From the NCBI GenBank assembly GCA_951406725.2, contig OX597815.1, positions 101,680,001 to 101,744,000 on the forward strand: a DNA stretch of 64,000 bases. Direction: 5' to 3'. This DNA comes from Octopus vulgaris (lineage: Eukaryota). This document shows, piece after piece, positions 30,571 through 44,880 of this stretch. Below the pieces are notes generated by a model, which was not told where the DNA came from, searched no databases, and was given only the letters and a program-made list of their open reading frames with translations. Every line of letters starts with the position of its first letter. Within the stretch, counting starts at the first letter, position 1. The position numbers and the translations under genes were made by a program.

Positions 30571-30807
30571 GAACTTTTTGTTAGTTAAAATATATTTGTG
30601 ACATATCTTAGCTTCTAAAGGCCAATTCAATGCAGTTATCGTGGAGAAAAATTCTGATTTATAGCAAAAGGTGTAAAAACACCACGCCTGCCCGGTGCTA
30701 CCCCTTCAGATATTTTAAACTTTTAAAGGCAAATTCAATGCAGTTAACGTGAAGAACAAGATTCTATCTTAATATGTCACAAACATATTTTAATTAACCC
30801 TAAGTTC
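30571..30807. mobile_element. Small MITE-like element
   Basis: Imperfect ~36-bp TIRs (GAACTT..GTTA.TTAAAATAT.TTTGTGACATAT) and an internal direct repeat AAAGGC.AATTCAATGCAGTTA. Confidence 0.55.
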
Positions 30808-31339
30808 GTTTATTCCTGATCACTGATAACACTGATGCTGCTATATTTATCCCAATCAGGCGGTCGAATAGCGAAGGCCAGCGACTAAGTCGGCAGACGA
30901 GAGGGGCAGCGGCAATTGGCCCGCTGCAGCTTTTTAGTTAAAGATACGGCTTTGAATCTTCTTAGGATTATCTCTCTTCAATGGTTAAAAAATCAGAAAC
31001 AGGCGTATGGGGATCCTATAGGGGGAAGCACTGGGAAAATAGGCTGTTTTACAACTTTTAGCAGAGGAGAGATTGTTTCCCGACGGTAAATGCAGTGAAT
31101 TTGCCTTTAGAATTTAAAATATTATCTGTTCCAGTCATTAGTCTGCGGCCATACTGGGGTTCACCTCATACATATAACGTAATATTTAATATTGTAGAAG
31201 TAGAAACAAACTGAATCGCGAAATAATACAAGAGTCAATTGCTTCTCTTGTATAGTATTTGAAACCGCGTACTAACTTTTCCAATATATTATTTTAAAAT
31301 AAGGAATTTTAAAATGCTGTTGAAAAAATCACAATCAGT

Positions 31340-33135
31340 TCCTTGCTAACATTTATGGCTCAATATCATCCCCGGGCCCCAAACCAAATATTTTGATAAG
31401 TAAATGCAAATTTCTGAAAAAGTGGACCGAGAAGATGCTTCTTGGAAGATAATGAAAACTGGAACTGCATTTTTCGGCAAGACAAAGAAAGACCTTGTAG
31501 TACTTATTCACAGTCCAGTTTTCAACAATTTTGGCATTACTTCTAGAAAAAGGGTAAAAAGAACTCACTCCTAGAGTTTACCTTTGCCAAGTAGTAATCC
31601 GATATTTAAAATATTTTACAGTTCCTGACTGGCAAGGATCTTGAACTGATGACTACCAGCTCCAGCACGAACTATAGCTGCAGTCCTCAATTGAAGGGTT
31701 CTGTAGGCACCTAGAGGTCGTATTCAATAACTGGAATAATATATTCACCAAATTAAGCGCTCTTGGTTCCAAATAAACAAAACTTATACAAGTCTCTAAC
31801 AATTAGAAACAACTGACTCGAGATAAATACTTTTCCTATTTCTTTTGGTGGAATAAGTAAAATGGGAGTTTGTCAAAAAGTTCGTTCCTTCAAGCAGATT
31901 AATAATGAGGTCTCATCTGAAATTGCAGCAAATTTGCTTACAGGTAGCAAGATTGCTCATTCTGCTTCTATGCTCTCATTCATCTTTGTATACAATGACA
32001 ATCCTGTGTTCAATATTCGCAAAGGATTTTGGTTGGTTGAAATCGGAAGCAGACCGAACTCTGTGTATGGGGTTGAATACGTACTGACTCACAGACTTGT
32101 ATTTTACCTTACAGCATCTCAGAGTTAGCATGAACATCATGGTTGGAGTCACAATCTTGCAATCTTGGGATTTCTGGCAAACTGCTAGTCATACCAAAAG
32201 TCACATCTGCTGATGATTTGAGAGCATGCCTCGAAGAAGCAGACAAAAGGAAAAGGTCAATATTTTTATTAGATCAAAGTAGAGATGTCCAAGCAGCCCA
32301 AATAGCTAACGTTTAACAGTAATTAGGGGCAATGTTAAGTTATTCATTGACGCTATGAGTGCAGATGTCAAAATAAAAAACAAAACATGAATCTTTAATG
32401 AAAAGTGTATCCTAGACTCACACAGAATTACAAAAACAACCAGGTGCTTTCTAAGCTAAAAAGAAATGATACTGAGTAGGGTGTTTAATGCACAGAGTGC
32501 ACACTGTAGTTCACATTAACGATACTGCAGACTATACAACTGGGTTTCTTAATCAACTTCAATCCAATGCAGCCTCTTGTAACAATTTGTACTTGAAAAT
32601 AGGAGCAAAAGTTATGTTGGCGCAGAATTTGGATGGACGAAAATTCTCCTTATTCTGAGTGAAACCAACATTATTACTACTTGTGCTAATAGAGATGTTT
32701 TCATTCTATGCATTCCCTTCATCCCACCACGTACATTTTTTTTTATCTGAGTAACAAGAAGCAGAGCAAGAAGTATTGTCTATTTCAAGAGTTCTTCCTG
32801 AAAAAAAAAACGCGCTTCAGTGAGGAATGTTTTTCATTTATGTGTTGCATATAATTTGGAATCAAATAGATAAATAAATAAATAAATAAAATCATAACTA
32901 TAATATTTTCTTAAGCCACGAAGTTAAACGTATCAATAAATACAGTATCAAAAACTTCACATATCACAGAAATCTAGAAAAATTCAATTTTAGACCTGTG
33001 GGCAATAAAACATACGCAAATATAATTACGTACAGACGATTACATAAAAATTGCTAGAAGTTAAGTTATTAAAATTTAATAAAAAATTCTACACTTCAAC
33101 ACCCGAGCAACATCAGGTACATCTGCCGGTACGTC
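31340..33135 (+). mobile_element. Heavily decayed Helitron (PIF1-like helicase remnant)
   Basis: LLEDNENW, SSEIAANLLTGSKIAHS, GVTILQSWDFWQT, VIPKVTSADDLRAC, LKIGAKVML.QNLD, DVFILCIPFIP match the 60-62 kb helicase in order; degenerate 3' end ACCCGAGCAACATCAGGTACATCTGCCGGT. Confidence 0.75.
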
Positions 33136-33186
33136 TTTGTTTGTGTGTGTGTGTGCGTGCGCGCGCGCGTGCATACGCGTGCAATG

Positions 33187-33928
33187 TATTCGAGGTGGTT
33201 TCTTGGACTTGCTCTGTAGCATGCCAACAGATGGCAGTACACGGCTGCATGCATGAGGTAGTGTACCGAGTGACATCGCTGTGTTTACTTCGCAAATTGT
33301 GAAATTTGTGGGTTTTTCTTTTTTTTTTTTTTGAAAACGGGTATGCTGTAAAGGCATTTCAAAAACGGAAGAACGTCCCCGGAAGACGATGAGTGATCTG
33401 GAAGAGCTTCCACGAGTGTCACCCCCGGAAATGCATTGCGCATCGAGAATTCATCCCCCAGGAGCAAACCGTCAATCGAGAGTTCTACTGCGACGTTTTG
33501 AAGCCGTTTAGGAAGGACATTCAACGTAAGCGACCGGTTCTGTGGGGCTGGATTATTTACGACGACCATGCACCCTGTCACTGAGCTCTCCTCACTCGTG
33601 AGTTTCTCGCCCAAAACAACGAGTTATCTCTTCTGGACTCGCCCTATTCACTAGATTTAGCACCTCCGGACTTTACCAAGATGAAAAAGCAGTTCAAAGG
33701 TCACCGTTTTAACATCGTTGTCGAGATCCAGAGCGAATCACAGCAGGTCCTCAACTCGCTTACGGAAAACGACTTTCAGGCCGGATTCCAAAAGTGGCAG
33801 GAACGCTGGGACCGGTGTAATGCTGCGCAAGGTGACTATTTTGAAAGAGATGATGCTAAAACTTAGGTAAATAAGTTGTTTTTTTTATTAAACATAACTA
33901 ATCCGAGAACTTTTGATACTACCTCGTA
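33187..33928 (+). mobile_element. Internally deleted mariner transposon
   Basis: EFIPQEQTVNREFYC, YDDHAPCH, PYSLDLAPPDF, WQERWDRC..QGDYFE; right TIR ...GAACTTTTGATACTACCTCGTA. Confidence 0.85.
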
Positions 33929-34009
33929 TGTATACATATAGCTGATTAATGTGTGAGTTTCTGTTTGTCTGATGGTGTTCAAGTCTTTGTATGTATATGT
34001 GTGCGAGTT

Positions 34010-34043
<34 letters not shown>

Positions 34044-34779
34044 CGTTTAGTCTTTTTGTTCATATGTTGATATGCAACCTACTGTAGCGAATGAAGCCGG
34101 TCACGATGCTTAGTATATTAAAAGATGATGTAAGTCTTAACACTGCGATGGTTGATGCAATTACATGATTAATGATTCACCAGACTGATATCTCAGATCC
34201 GTCTGTCTTTACTACGTTCTTTTGAATGAAATCTGAGAAATATAAACGATGACAGCTGGACTGGGTAGTGTGTTGGCCTGCTTAATTGAAAAACACGTAT
34301 AGATTTGAGCGGTACCAGGACAGCTGAAATATTCTGAATATTGTATAGTGTAGTGGTGTGGTGTGTGTGTGTGTGTGGCTGTGTGCGCGTGTGCTGCGCG
34401 TATGTGCGTGCAAGTAGTTGGTTTCAGAGTGTGCTATAGGAATTGCATTAAATCAGTTGAACTGTTGGTCTCATAGCAATGGCTCTGTCACCCCAGACCT
34501 TATTGTGTTCAGTATGTTTGAGTGTGTGAGCCGATTTACGTGTGAAACAATCGGCTTTTCACTACACTCTTCTTCCCCTGTTTAATTGAAAGTTCAAACT
34601 GGATGAAATATTTCAAACATAATCTAGTCCTATTTCCGTCAAGAAGATCCTTTTTTACTGTAACGATCAACTTATTTGTAGAAGTGTTCGTTTACTCTTT
34701 TATTCTTTTATATGTTTTATCACTAAGACCGTAGCCACGCTGGAGCACTGCCAGTATAATCACCTTTTCAATAACCAAT

Positions 34780-35125
34780 CTTGTGTGATTGACTTTTAGT
34801 GAAGGAAGGGTGTTCGACACCGCTACCATCTCTGAGTTGCCTCCCTTGCCTCCCATTGCTATAGATTCACATGAGACCTAGGATAGCAGGAAGTCAAGTT
34901 GTTTCTCGAAAACATCTATCCCTTCTCCAGATGCTTTGGTATAGCATCAAATAGTTGTGAGCCCTTGAATCCCAAGCTATTGTAGTACATGAACTTCACT
35001 CAATACAGGATAGCTGGGATTTTTGGAGCAGTGCAGTGACATCCAGTTCGGGGGCTGTTATAGCTCTCGATATCAAAGTTTGGTGTCAGCCCTTCCAGGA
35101 TCTCCCATATGGATACCATTGCATA
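34780..35125 (-). mobile_element. CR1-like LINE 3' fragment
   Basis: RERYAMVSIWEILEGLTPNFDI...GFKGSQLF, homologous to 44490-44750. Confidence 0.65.
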
Positions 35126-35609
35126 CCTCTCTCGTCTTCGTCTATGTATGCTTTATAGAAGTCTTTCTGCTTATAGAAGACAAGCTTGTTTGTAAAAGCC
35201 TGTGTCTAGCGAAGTCTTTGTGTTTATAAAAATCTATGAATTGGCAAGTGCGTGTTTGTGGTAGTGTTCTGGTTTGTAGAAGTATGTGCGTTCTTAGAAA
35301 TGTGCTTGTAGAAAGTGTGTATGTTTCTAGAAGCATGTCTACGTTTTCCTTTATAGATAAACTATTAATATCTTTTACAAAGGTTAATATAACTTTATGC
35401 AAAGTCTACAAAGTATATCCAGTCAACTGACATAATGTGAAGCGTTGATGTGATCAGTATGAAATATATAGGTATCTATGGGACGCAGCGTTCCTTGAGT
35501 GATGCCCTTTGCCGCCTGCTCTCTTTTTCAGGTATCACTCAGCATAGTCTAAAGTGAATGACAATGCCTTAGTGGAAATCCTCAAGGGTATAGTAGTTTG
35601 ACACCTAGT

Positions 35610-35935
35610 TTGAATGAATAAATGAATGATTGAATAAAAGAATAAAGGAAGAAAGAACAATTGTATGAATAAAGGAAGAAGGAATGAATAAATGAATAAA
35701 TGACAGAATAAACGAATAACTAAATGAGTGGCTGGATGTATAAATGGATGAATGCAGGAATAAATGAAGAAAAAACATTAAGAAATGAATTAACTCAGGA
35801 ATAAAGAATGAATGAATGAATATTTGAATGATTAAACAAGTAAAGGAATAAAGAAAAATAAAGAAAGAAAGAGTGAATTAATGAACGAGAATAAAGTAAT
35901 GAATAAAGGAATAATGGAGAGGATAAAAGTAATAA
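35610..35935. repeat. Degenerate (GAAT/GAATAAA)n tract
   Basis: Direct inspection. Confidence 0.8.
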
Positions 35936-37436
35936 TATTGTAAGGGCTACTGTAATATAATCCACCGAATAAAGTGAATGAAGACTTTTGAAATGACTTC
36001 AGTATATTTGGTATATTGATGTATATCGGGTATTTATTTCAGTTACTCACAGATTATACTTAGCTCTTAGCAGATAATATTAGATACTAGAACAGCTGCT
36101 ATCAATCTTTTTCGGATCATCTCTTTGTTTGGCTCCAGAAAATCTTCACCAGTTTGCTCTTTCGACACAAGTTAAAAGCATTGTTGCAAATAGCTTTTTA
36201 CTATGGAAACTAATAATGCAATAAATTACTAGTCTTTAGTTTAATTTGACAAAATCAATAATCTTTATCTAGTCTGGTAGATATTTACCAACATTCTCAG
36301 ATGCCATTTTTAGCAACTGCTTCGCAGTGCAGTAAAATTATCAATGTAATGGGCCAGTTTAGTGAAATGGTACCGTCTACCATAAAACAGTTTTCAAGTC
36401 AATTAGTGTTAGTCTTAAATTGATTGGCATAAAGCCACATATTTCGAAGGAAACACTGGACAAGAATATTTAAATTGAATCAAGTTGAGTTTGAGAGACA
36501 GTTAAATGTTTTTAAATTAAAATTTTTTTTTCTACATTCAATAATCTATAGTTCTTAAACTATTAGTAGCAACAAATAAACAGATGTGTGCGATAGATCA
36601 TATAAACCAGACAAAGAAATGTTCTAAAGGTTCGAAGGTTTTGTTATATCTCAATAAATATATTATTATTCAAAGCTAATACAAAATTCTCACAAGTTCA
36701 TGCTAAAGTCAACTGAAATTATACAGAACTACTTCTAAAATAAACTGAAACCTGTCACAGATATTTATTGAACTATCATACTAAAATTTTGATTATTATT
36801 TTCTTTTATGTTCAAACTTCCTTGTAGAAAAGAAATTAAAAAGAAAGTTGAATTTAGAAAGCGCCTAAGAGAAAAGAAATATATATGAACAACATATTAT
36901 AAACAAAAACGAACGAAAAGAAAGCATATCCATTCTAATTTGCATAGGGTTTCTAAGAGATACATTATGAACATTTTTTTAAAAGCTATCCCAGGAAAAC
37001 AAAGATTGAATCAATACAAATATTTGAAAATTGAAATCAGAAAAAATCTGAGTAACGAAGATTGTTGTAATTGATGCTTTCAGTATTTTATGGAAATAAA
37101 TAAAGAAAAAAATGTTTGTTTCAACAAATCAGAAAGTAAATACTTTGTGAATCTCTAACCCATGGGAGGAAATCATTAATATCGTATGAAGTAAATTTCA
37201 TACAAACAAGGATCAGATAAACAACGTTAGAATCGTTAAAATGTTTTCCTATATTTGTTTTGGATCTTCACGTTTTGATTTCCAATCCCGCCGAGCTCAT
37301 TCATTACTTCTTATTCTTTCAGGGTCGATAAAATAAAGTAAAATTCAGTACTGAGATCAACGACATCAACTAATCCCCTCCTTAAAAAAAAAATTGAAGT
37401 TTTATGTCTTTAATAAAAGTAAATATTGTTATAGCA

Positions 37437-37828
37437 GGCGCAGGAGTGGCTGTGTGGTAAGTAGTTTGCTAACCAACCACATGGTTCCGGGTTCAGTCCC
37501 ACTGCGTGACATCTTGGGCAAGTGTCTTCTGCTATAGCCCCGGGCCGACCAATGCCTTGTGAGTGGATTTGGTAGACGGAAACTGAAAGAAGCCTGTCGT
37601 ATATATGTATATATATGTATGTATGTGTGTGTATTTGTGTGTCTGTGTTTGTCCCCCTAGCATTGCTTGACAACCGATGCTGGTGTGTTTACGTCCCCGT
37701 CACTTAGCGGTTCGGCAAAAGAGACCGATAGAATAAGTACTGGGCTTACAAAGAATAAGTCCCGGGGTCGATTTGCTCGACTAAAGGCGGTGCTCCAGCA
37801 TGGCCGCAGTCAAATGACTGAAACAAGT
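37437..37828 (+). mobile_element. Full-length young SINE family A
   Basis: GGCGCAGGAGTGGCTGTGTGGTAAG (A box), GGTTCAGTCCC (B box), CORE-like CTTGGGCAAGTG, internal microsatellite, conserved tail. Confidence 0.9.
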
Positions 37829-37832
37829 ATAT

Positions 37833-37882
<50 letters not shown>

Positions 37883-38714
37883 GCCATATTTTTTAGCCAG
37901 TTTCATACAAGTTTCTACTACGCCACCAGATATACCTTCATTTCCGTGGTGCTTCTTATACATCTTTGTATTTGGAGGGTGTAGGATAGGATTTGTATGT
38001 TACATCAATGTTACTGATTCTGATAGTACTTTTATCTTCGTCTGTTTGTTGAGTACAATGTGAGTGTAACACTAGTATGTAGTAATGTTGGAGCAATGTA
38101 ATGAGATGAAGTGAACCTCTGCATATTTTTGTGTCATTGACTCGACTCAAAGTTTATTGTTTTGAACCCCTTGATAAAGGTTTTTCAGATCCGTAATCTT
38201 CCGTATTTTTAGAATCTAAGATATCCAGGATGACATTGTCCAGGGTTTCTTTATTTTAAGATAGGATATGATTTGATGAAGTGGGGCTGTTAATTCTAGC
38301 TGATCATGCTATAGTGCAGAATCTTCCTCGTCAGTTAGAAAGTTTTACAATTCTAGTGTATTTTCTTTTTTTTTTTCTATCTTTCGTTTTTGCTTTACGG
38401 TTAACTATATTCGTATGTTGTTGGGTTTGTTGTCAATATTGTTGTTTTGTGAGTAGTAGTACAGAAATATTGTGAAACATTATCACATTTCCGTCGTTGC
38501 CTTTCTAACTTTTACTTGAGTTCGTTGCTCTCACTGTTATATTTTGGTAAAGAAAAACAATTTCAGATATCTACTTTATATTATTAGCTTCACATTTTTT
38601 CGAACCAACGTGTCAGTCGCTTCGTCGTTGCTAGATCTATTAGAAATAACAGTCAATATTTTTCCTCAAATCGTATTCTAAAGCTTTAGAACATAATGAG
38701 AGTATCAAATATTG

Positions 38715-38905
38715 ATTTCAAATGTTGGCACAATTTCGAGGGAGGAGATAAGTCAATTACGTCAACCCTAGTGCTCAACTGGTACTTATTTTATCGATTC
38801 CGACGGGATCAAAGGCAAATCGAACTCGCCGGCATTTGAGCTCAGAACGGAAAGTCAGGCAAAATGCCGCTAAGCGTTATAACGATCCTGTTAGCTCGTC
38901 GCCTG
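38715..38905 (-). mobile_element. Degenerate SINE family B
   Basis: CAACTGGTACTTATTTTATCGA...AAAGGCAAA...GAGCTCAGAACG. Confidence 0.7.
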
Positions 38906-39898
38906 GTGAGTGCATTAAATAATGTAGTTTGAGACAGATATACTTTTGGACAAAAGATGAAGTAGTTATGGATAGGTCAGTCATCAGCTTGTTCAATCAG
39001 ATGTGACCTGAAGTTAAATATCAACAATATCACTCTTCCTCCATCTTGAGTCGTGTCCAGGATAGAGCTTTATGTTTCAGACTGTGAGAGAGGGAAACAA
39101 AAAGAAAGAGAGATGGAAAAACAAAGAGAGAGAGAGAGCAAAGTCTACCGACCTTGGGCAATTTCTCTTTGATGTGTGTGCGCGCGCGCGCGTGAGGAGG
39201 CCCTGATATATAACTCACTAACTCCCATCTAACACCTCACACCCCTTCACACGTTTAGTGATGAGGAGTGTCACAAAGTTTTCTGAACTCTGTTCCACTT
39301 GAATTACGTTATTAATGCTGTGTAGAAATATCTGAATGTGTCAAGAAACAATATTCATTCTCTTCAAGTCAATTCAGCTAATCGCTTGTTGGCTACAAAA
39401 GATCAAGCAGAGAATGAGGTTACTTGATGTTTCAATCTTGTTTATTACACATCTCTGATCCAAATAAACCAATAGCAATTTCTTTTCTCTATGCACACAT
39501 CAGATTTATAACAATAACAACAGCAACAAAATATAGATAAAAATAAAAATGAAAATAAAAGCAGAGGGAGTGAGAAATAGGACATGTGACATTCTTATGT
39601 TCCTGAAGAACGTTAGCTACTGTGTAAGTGAAGCGAAATGATTACAAGTAAATATTGAAACCGTGTCGTTGACTCATATTACCTTAACTTGAAGCTTTCA
39701 AAAAATAACATACGTAATTTGTCAGCAGAACTGAGTAGAGGTAAAATTGATACTTAAGATATCAGTTTCTGATCTGTTAATGTATTTTGTTTTAACAATC
39801 TCTGTCAAAATCTGATTCAATAACATTCTTGATTCTCTCAACAGTAATGGAATTTCACATCAAAAATAAATAAATGAATATATAGCTGAATAAATAGA

Positions 39899-39937
<39 letters not shown>

Positions 39938-40456
39938 CTGTAACAGCAGCAACATTCATTATTTATTTTATTTTCTGGAATATGTGATTCTTAATGATTT
40001 CGTAGATATATTGTTTCACTAAAATTTTGAAATACAATAACTTACTTGACAATGGAAGCATACGTAGCAGGGTAAAGATATGTTCGCAAGAAATGAATTA
40101 TGACAGCTTCATCAGATGAAGAAGAGCAGCATCTACGATATTCATAGAGTTTAGTGGACAGGTATGAGAAAAAAGCATAAGAAATCTCGACACGTGGATG
40201 AGTCATTAGGACACGAGATATGAAGATAGTGATGCGTTTTCAGATCAGAGACGTGGGTTGAATGTCTGCAATAGATTGGACAGAGTTTCAGGCACCCAAA
40301 GGTAAGATGGGGATGTGAAACCAGATAACAAACTAGGTCGAAGGGAAAGATAAGTTACTAAAGAAATGATAACATGATCCTATTTCAAATTGCAATTGTA
40401 CCCGTTCATTTCAGATTGCTTTCTTACACACACACGCGCACCACACACACACACAC

Positions 40457-40516
<60 letters not shown>

Positions 40517-40629
40517 ACACACACACACGTTAGTAAGAAATAGTAATATTTTTACACAAAGCTTAGGTAATATATCTAACATGTATCGACGAATTACATC
40601 AGGCACTTTTAAACACACACACACATGCA

Positions 40630-40650
<21 letters not shown>

Positions 40651-40662
<12 letters not shown>

Positions 40663-40934
40663 GAAGAAAATTGCGCACAGTTTACATAGTTCTAATATAT
40701 TTTAAACGAAAGAGTATTGTAGTTGATGTGATCAGTTTCGCTTTCGCTAATCATGACATTGAAATTATTGTAATTTTGTATTTTCTTAAGAAAATAAGAA
40801 AATGCGAAATTACTATAATTTCAATGTCATGATGAGCGAAAGTGAGACCGGTCGACAACTACAATACACTTTCCTTTAAAATATATTAAAATAATTTAAA
40901 ATGTGTATATTTTCCTTCTTTTATTTTATATATA
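40651..40934. repeat. Fold-back element with a degenerate hammerhead motif in each arm
   Basis: Arms pair about a 6-nt centre (40789-94); right arm TGTC-ATGATGA-GCGAAAGT-GAGA-CCGGTC-GACA; starts at a (TA)n run. Confidence 0.75.
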
Positions 40935-40998
40935 ACTTTTTTGCATTACAACTCACCAAGTGGGGATAGTCGAAATTCTCTTCCTCCTTTTTTCTTGC

Positions 40999-41034
<36 letters not shown>

Positions 41035-41041
41035 CGCACGC

Positions 41042-41073
<32 letters not shown>

Positions 41074-41074
41074 G

Positions 41075-41231
41075 GGGCTGAGGGGTAAGCTTGGTTCTGA
41101 ATCACATGGTCTCGAGTTAAGACCCACTTCGTAGGACCTAGAGTAGATGTTTTCTACTATAGCCTCGGGCCGACGGAAGCTTTGCGAAAGGATTTGGTAG
41201 AAGGAAAGTGAAAGAAGGCCGTCGTGTATAC

Positions 41232-41298
<67 letters not shown>

Positions 41299-41520
41299 CG
41301 TGTGTGGTTGTGTGTGTTTGTGTGCGCGTGTATGTGTATGTGTGTGCATGTGTGTGTGTTGGTTTTTGAGTTTTGTGTTTACGTCCTCGCCATCTAGCGG
41401 TTCGGCAAAAAGTACCGGTAGAATAAGTACCAAGCTTTAAAATAAGGACTGGGGCCGACTCATTCGACTCAATTCTTCAAAGCGGCGTTCCAGAACGGAG
41501 AATGACTGAAAGAATTAACA
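41075..41520 (+). mobile_element. Older SINE family A copy
   Basis: Colinear with 37437-37828 including internal (TG)n. Confidence 0.8.
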
Positions 41521-41532
41521 GATAAAATATAC

Positions 41533-42353
41533 ATACGTGGTCTGATCAATAAGTCTGATCAATAAGACTGTTGTTATAGTAATGAAGCTAAAGCACGGAG
41601 ATTAAAGCTGCTCGGCACAGATTGACCTTGAACAGTGCTGTACATGCGCACAAAGTTTTAACGTTCTAGCCAACTTCCGCTGTTTACAGAAGGAAGAAAG
41701 TAGAAGGAAGGTGTGTAGCGTGTGATCGTCGCATTAAAGATGACGGAGAAAATTGAGCAGAGAATCTGAATCAAATTTTGACAAAAGCTTGGCGATACCT
41801 GCTCAGATGCCTACACAAAGTTTAAAAAAAAATGTTCATCGTTCTTAACTCAATCAATGAGATCTTGTGCAACTGAAACCCGAGTGTCTTTTTGGTCAGC
41901 TGAAAGTAGTTTGGGCACAAACTTGGCAGACACGCGTCTCATATCCAAATCTTCAGTGATAATGGACTGAACTGAACCGTAACTAATCTGCACATCTTCT
42001 AATAACTTACGGATGGTGATTCGAAGATTTCCCCTCACAGCTGTACGCATATCAATGTTTTCCTCAGTTCTGCTGGTTGCGGTTTTCCCAGAACGCTCGT
42101 CAATATCGACATCTTTTCCGGCCATCTTGGAAACGCCTGAGCCACTCGTACACTTATATGCAGCTCATATACTATTCTCCATACACTTTCTGCAATTTTG
42201 CGTAAGCCTCTGAGCATGTACCGCCTTTCTCTGTCATGGTCAATGCAACCATCACACGCTACACACCTTCTTTCCAAGCACTGCTGTAAAGAACGGAAGT
42301 GAGCTGGAACGTTAAGAATTAGTGCGCATGTACAGCATAGTTCAAGGTCAATC
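41533..42353. mobile_element. Mariner remnant made of two 5' halves in inverted orientation
   Basis: Plus: TIR-like TACGTGGTCTGATCAATAAG and MTEKIEQRI*IKF; minus: DIDERSG..ISYGSVQSIITEDLDMRRVSAKFVPKLL; 41620-41822 inverted versus 42200-42353. Confidence 0.8.
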
Positions 42354-43169
42354 AAGAGCAAACAAGCGCAAAATGTGGAAAACAACATACAAGTAGAATG
42401 GAAAATTATGGTTAGAAACAAGTCAGTAACAGAATATCTACGCGCTCGCTGACACGTACGCACACGCTGACACGCGCGCGCGCGCACATACATGTTTGTA
42501 TATATGCAAGAGTAAATAGACAAGTGAGTGTTAGCCTTGCAGCGTGTGCAGAGGGGAACAATATTGATGAAGTAGTAGCACAACCGAAAAGAAAGGGGAC
42601 ATTAGATTCCCATTAATAAGAGACAAAAAGAAAGAGCGTTTTTTGTCTTATTAAAAAATTCAAGCGAAAAGACAGAGGCATAATCGCCAGAGAATCAGAA
42701 AAAATCCTTTGGAGACTTGTTCTGGCTCTATTTACATTCTGGGATCAACTCACACCCTACTTCTCATCAGTCGGTGGTTAACAGAATGAAGTACATGTCT
42801 ATTCCTGTATCTAAGGTTTTGACTAATCCTTGTACTCTAAAACTTCCGCATTTGTGCCTAAATCAAAGACTGTATGCATGTGTGTGAGTGTATGTATATA
42901 TAACGTTTATATTATATACATTTATAATACAGGCATATTACATATATATATATTCATATGATATAATACATACATATATATATAGGTTTTATAATACACA
43001 CACATATGTATATGCGTGCGCGCGTGTGTGTGCGTGTGTGTGTATGTGCGTGTGTATCTGTATGAATGTACACGCATATATAAGCATCACTGTATACTAA
43101 ACCTGATTGCAATAGTACGGAATATATATTTGTAATCTTTTAACCAACTCTGACTGAGGACACGAAAAA

Positions 43170-44880
43170 AACAAGTGAAGGGCTCACTGAACAATTTAAA
43201 AATATCTTCACCTCCCTCTGGGACACATGCAGATAAAACCCTGGCTAAATTCTTTAACAGCCATCGACTAAATCGACATTGCGGAAGTAGATGTAACAGC
43301 ATCTATGAACGAAATGAGTTTAAGCTCAGCAACTGGTCCCGATGGCTTTCCAGCTATTCTTCTGAAGTCATGTAAACAGGCTTTCGCAAAGCCACTTCAG
43401 ATACTTTTTCAGAGTTTCCTTGCAAGTAGTAAACTTCCTTAAAGCTCAAAGAAGGCGTTATATGCCCTATCCACAAAGGTGGGAGTAGAGCAAAGGCTAA
43501 AAACTTCAGGCTAACCTCTTTAACGTCACCTGTCAGTAGAGCCATTGAAAGAAACGTCAGAAAGAAACTAATAATGTTCCTAGAAGAAAAGGACTTACTG
43601 AACGATATACCGTATGGCTTCGGTCCTGAAAGAAGCTGCTTCATACAGCTCTTACAGTACTATAATTGGGTTTTGAAGCAACTGCTGGATCATTTAGAAG
43701 TCAATGTGATGTATCTTGACTTTGCAAAGTCCTTTGATAAGCTAGACTATGACATGATATGCCACAAAATGCGAAACCTTGATATAGTTGGCAAACTGGG
43801 AGAGTGGTTGCATGACTTCCTAAACGTCAGACAGTTGCATCCAATGGTATCCTCTCTAATTCTAAGTGGTGTCCCCCCAGGAAACTGTTTTGGGGTCATT
43901 ACTGTTTAAAATAGCTCTCTTAGATATGCCAATGGCTACTCAGTCAGCCACAGTGACAAGCTACGCCGATGATACAAAATTATCACAGGCAATAAAGAAC
44001 CCAGACAATGTCTCAAGACTACAAAGGGACCTAAATGTAATATACAAGTGGGCTGAAGTAAACAACATGCAGTTTAATGTTGGAAAATTTCAAGCACTGC
44101 GCTATCAGCTCACAAATGCATCGTAGTCTGCATATACTGGAACCGAAGGCACGGCAATTCCAAAGTGACCGATAGTAAGAGACTTGGGGACTAATATGTG
44201 TAATGATGTATCATTTCATATGCACATTACTAAGATGGTAACAAAGTGAAGACAACAGGCAGATTGGATACTAAGGTTCTTCAAGACAAGAAGTCATATT
44301 GACATTGTGAAGGATATTTGTTACCAGCCGTCCGGACTACTGTTCACAATTATGGTCACCACATAGATCCATAATAACAGCGGAGCTTAAAGCAGTCCAA
44401 CGTCACTACACTAAAAAGATTCTGACAGCGCAGCAGATGAACTATGAAGAAACTGAAAAACTACGTCTTTACTGCCTGGCGTGAAGATGTGACAGATATG
44501 TAATAATCTACATATGGAAAATTCTGGAAAGGCTACTGCATAATTTCGGCATCGAGTGTTAAACAAGTGCCTGAACTGGACGTCATTCTATTGTAACAAA
44601 TGTACCGTTCACCACATTTAAAGTTAGGATCAGGTACTGCAATTACTTGGGGTTCCAAGGCCCACAGCTCTTCAATACCCTGCAAAAAAAAAAAAAAAAG
44701 AAACCTACGTAATGTGGATGTGGATGTCTTCAAAAAGGAGCTGGATATTCTTCAGGTACAGATGAGGGCAACAGTATCAAAATCTCTCATACACCAAATG
44801 GTCCAACAGTCAAGGGTAAAAGCACATGGAGGAATAGTGATATGAAATCCCACCGGCTTGAGAAAATCAGCCAAAAAAAG
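43170..44880 (+). mobile_element. Decayed CR1-like LINE RT
   Basis: GPDGFPAILLK, ICPIHKGG, YGF..ERSC, YLDFAKSFDK, SGV/PQETVLG, YADDTKL. Confidence 0.9.

Noticed and set aside
37880-38520. Possible LINE ORF1 remnant on minus strand
   Set aside because: Strand bias is suggestive but no identifiable motif
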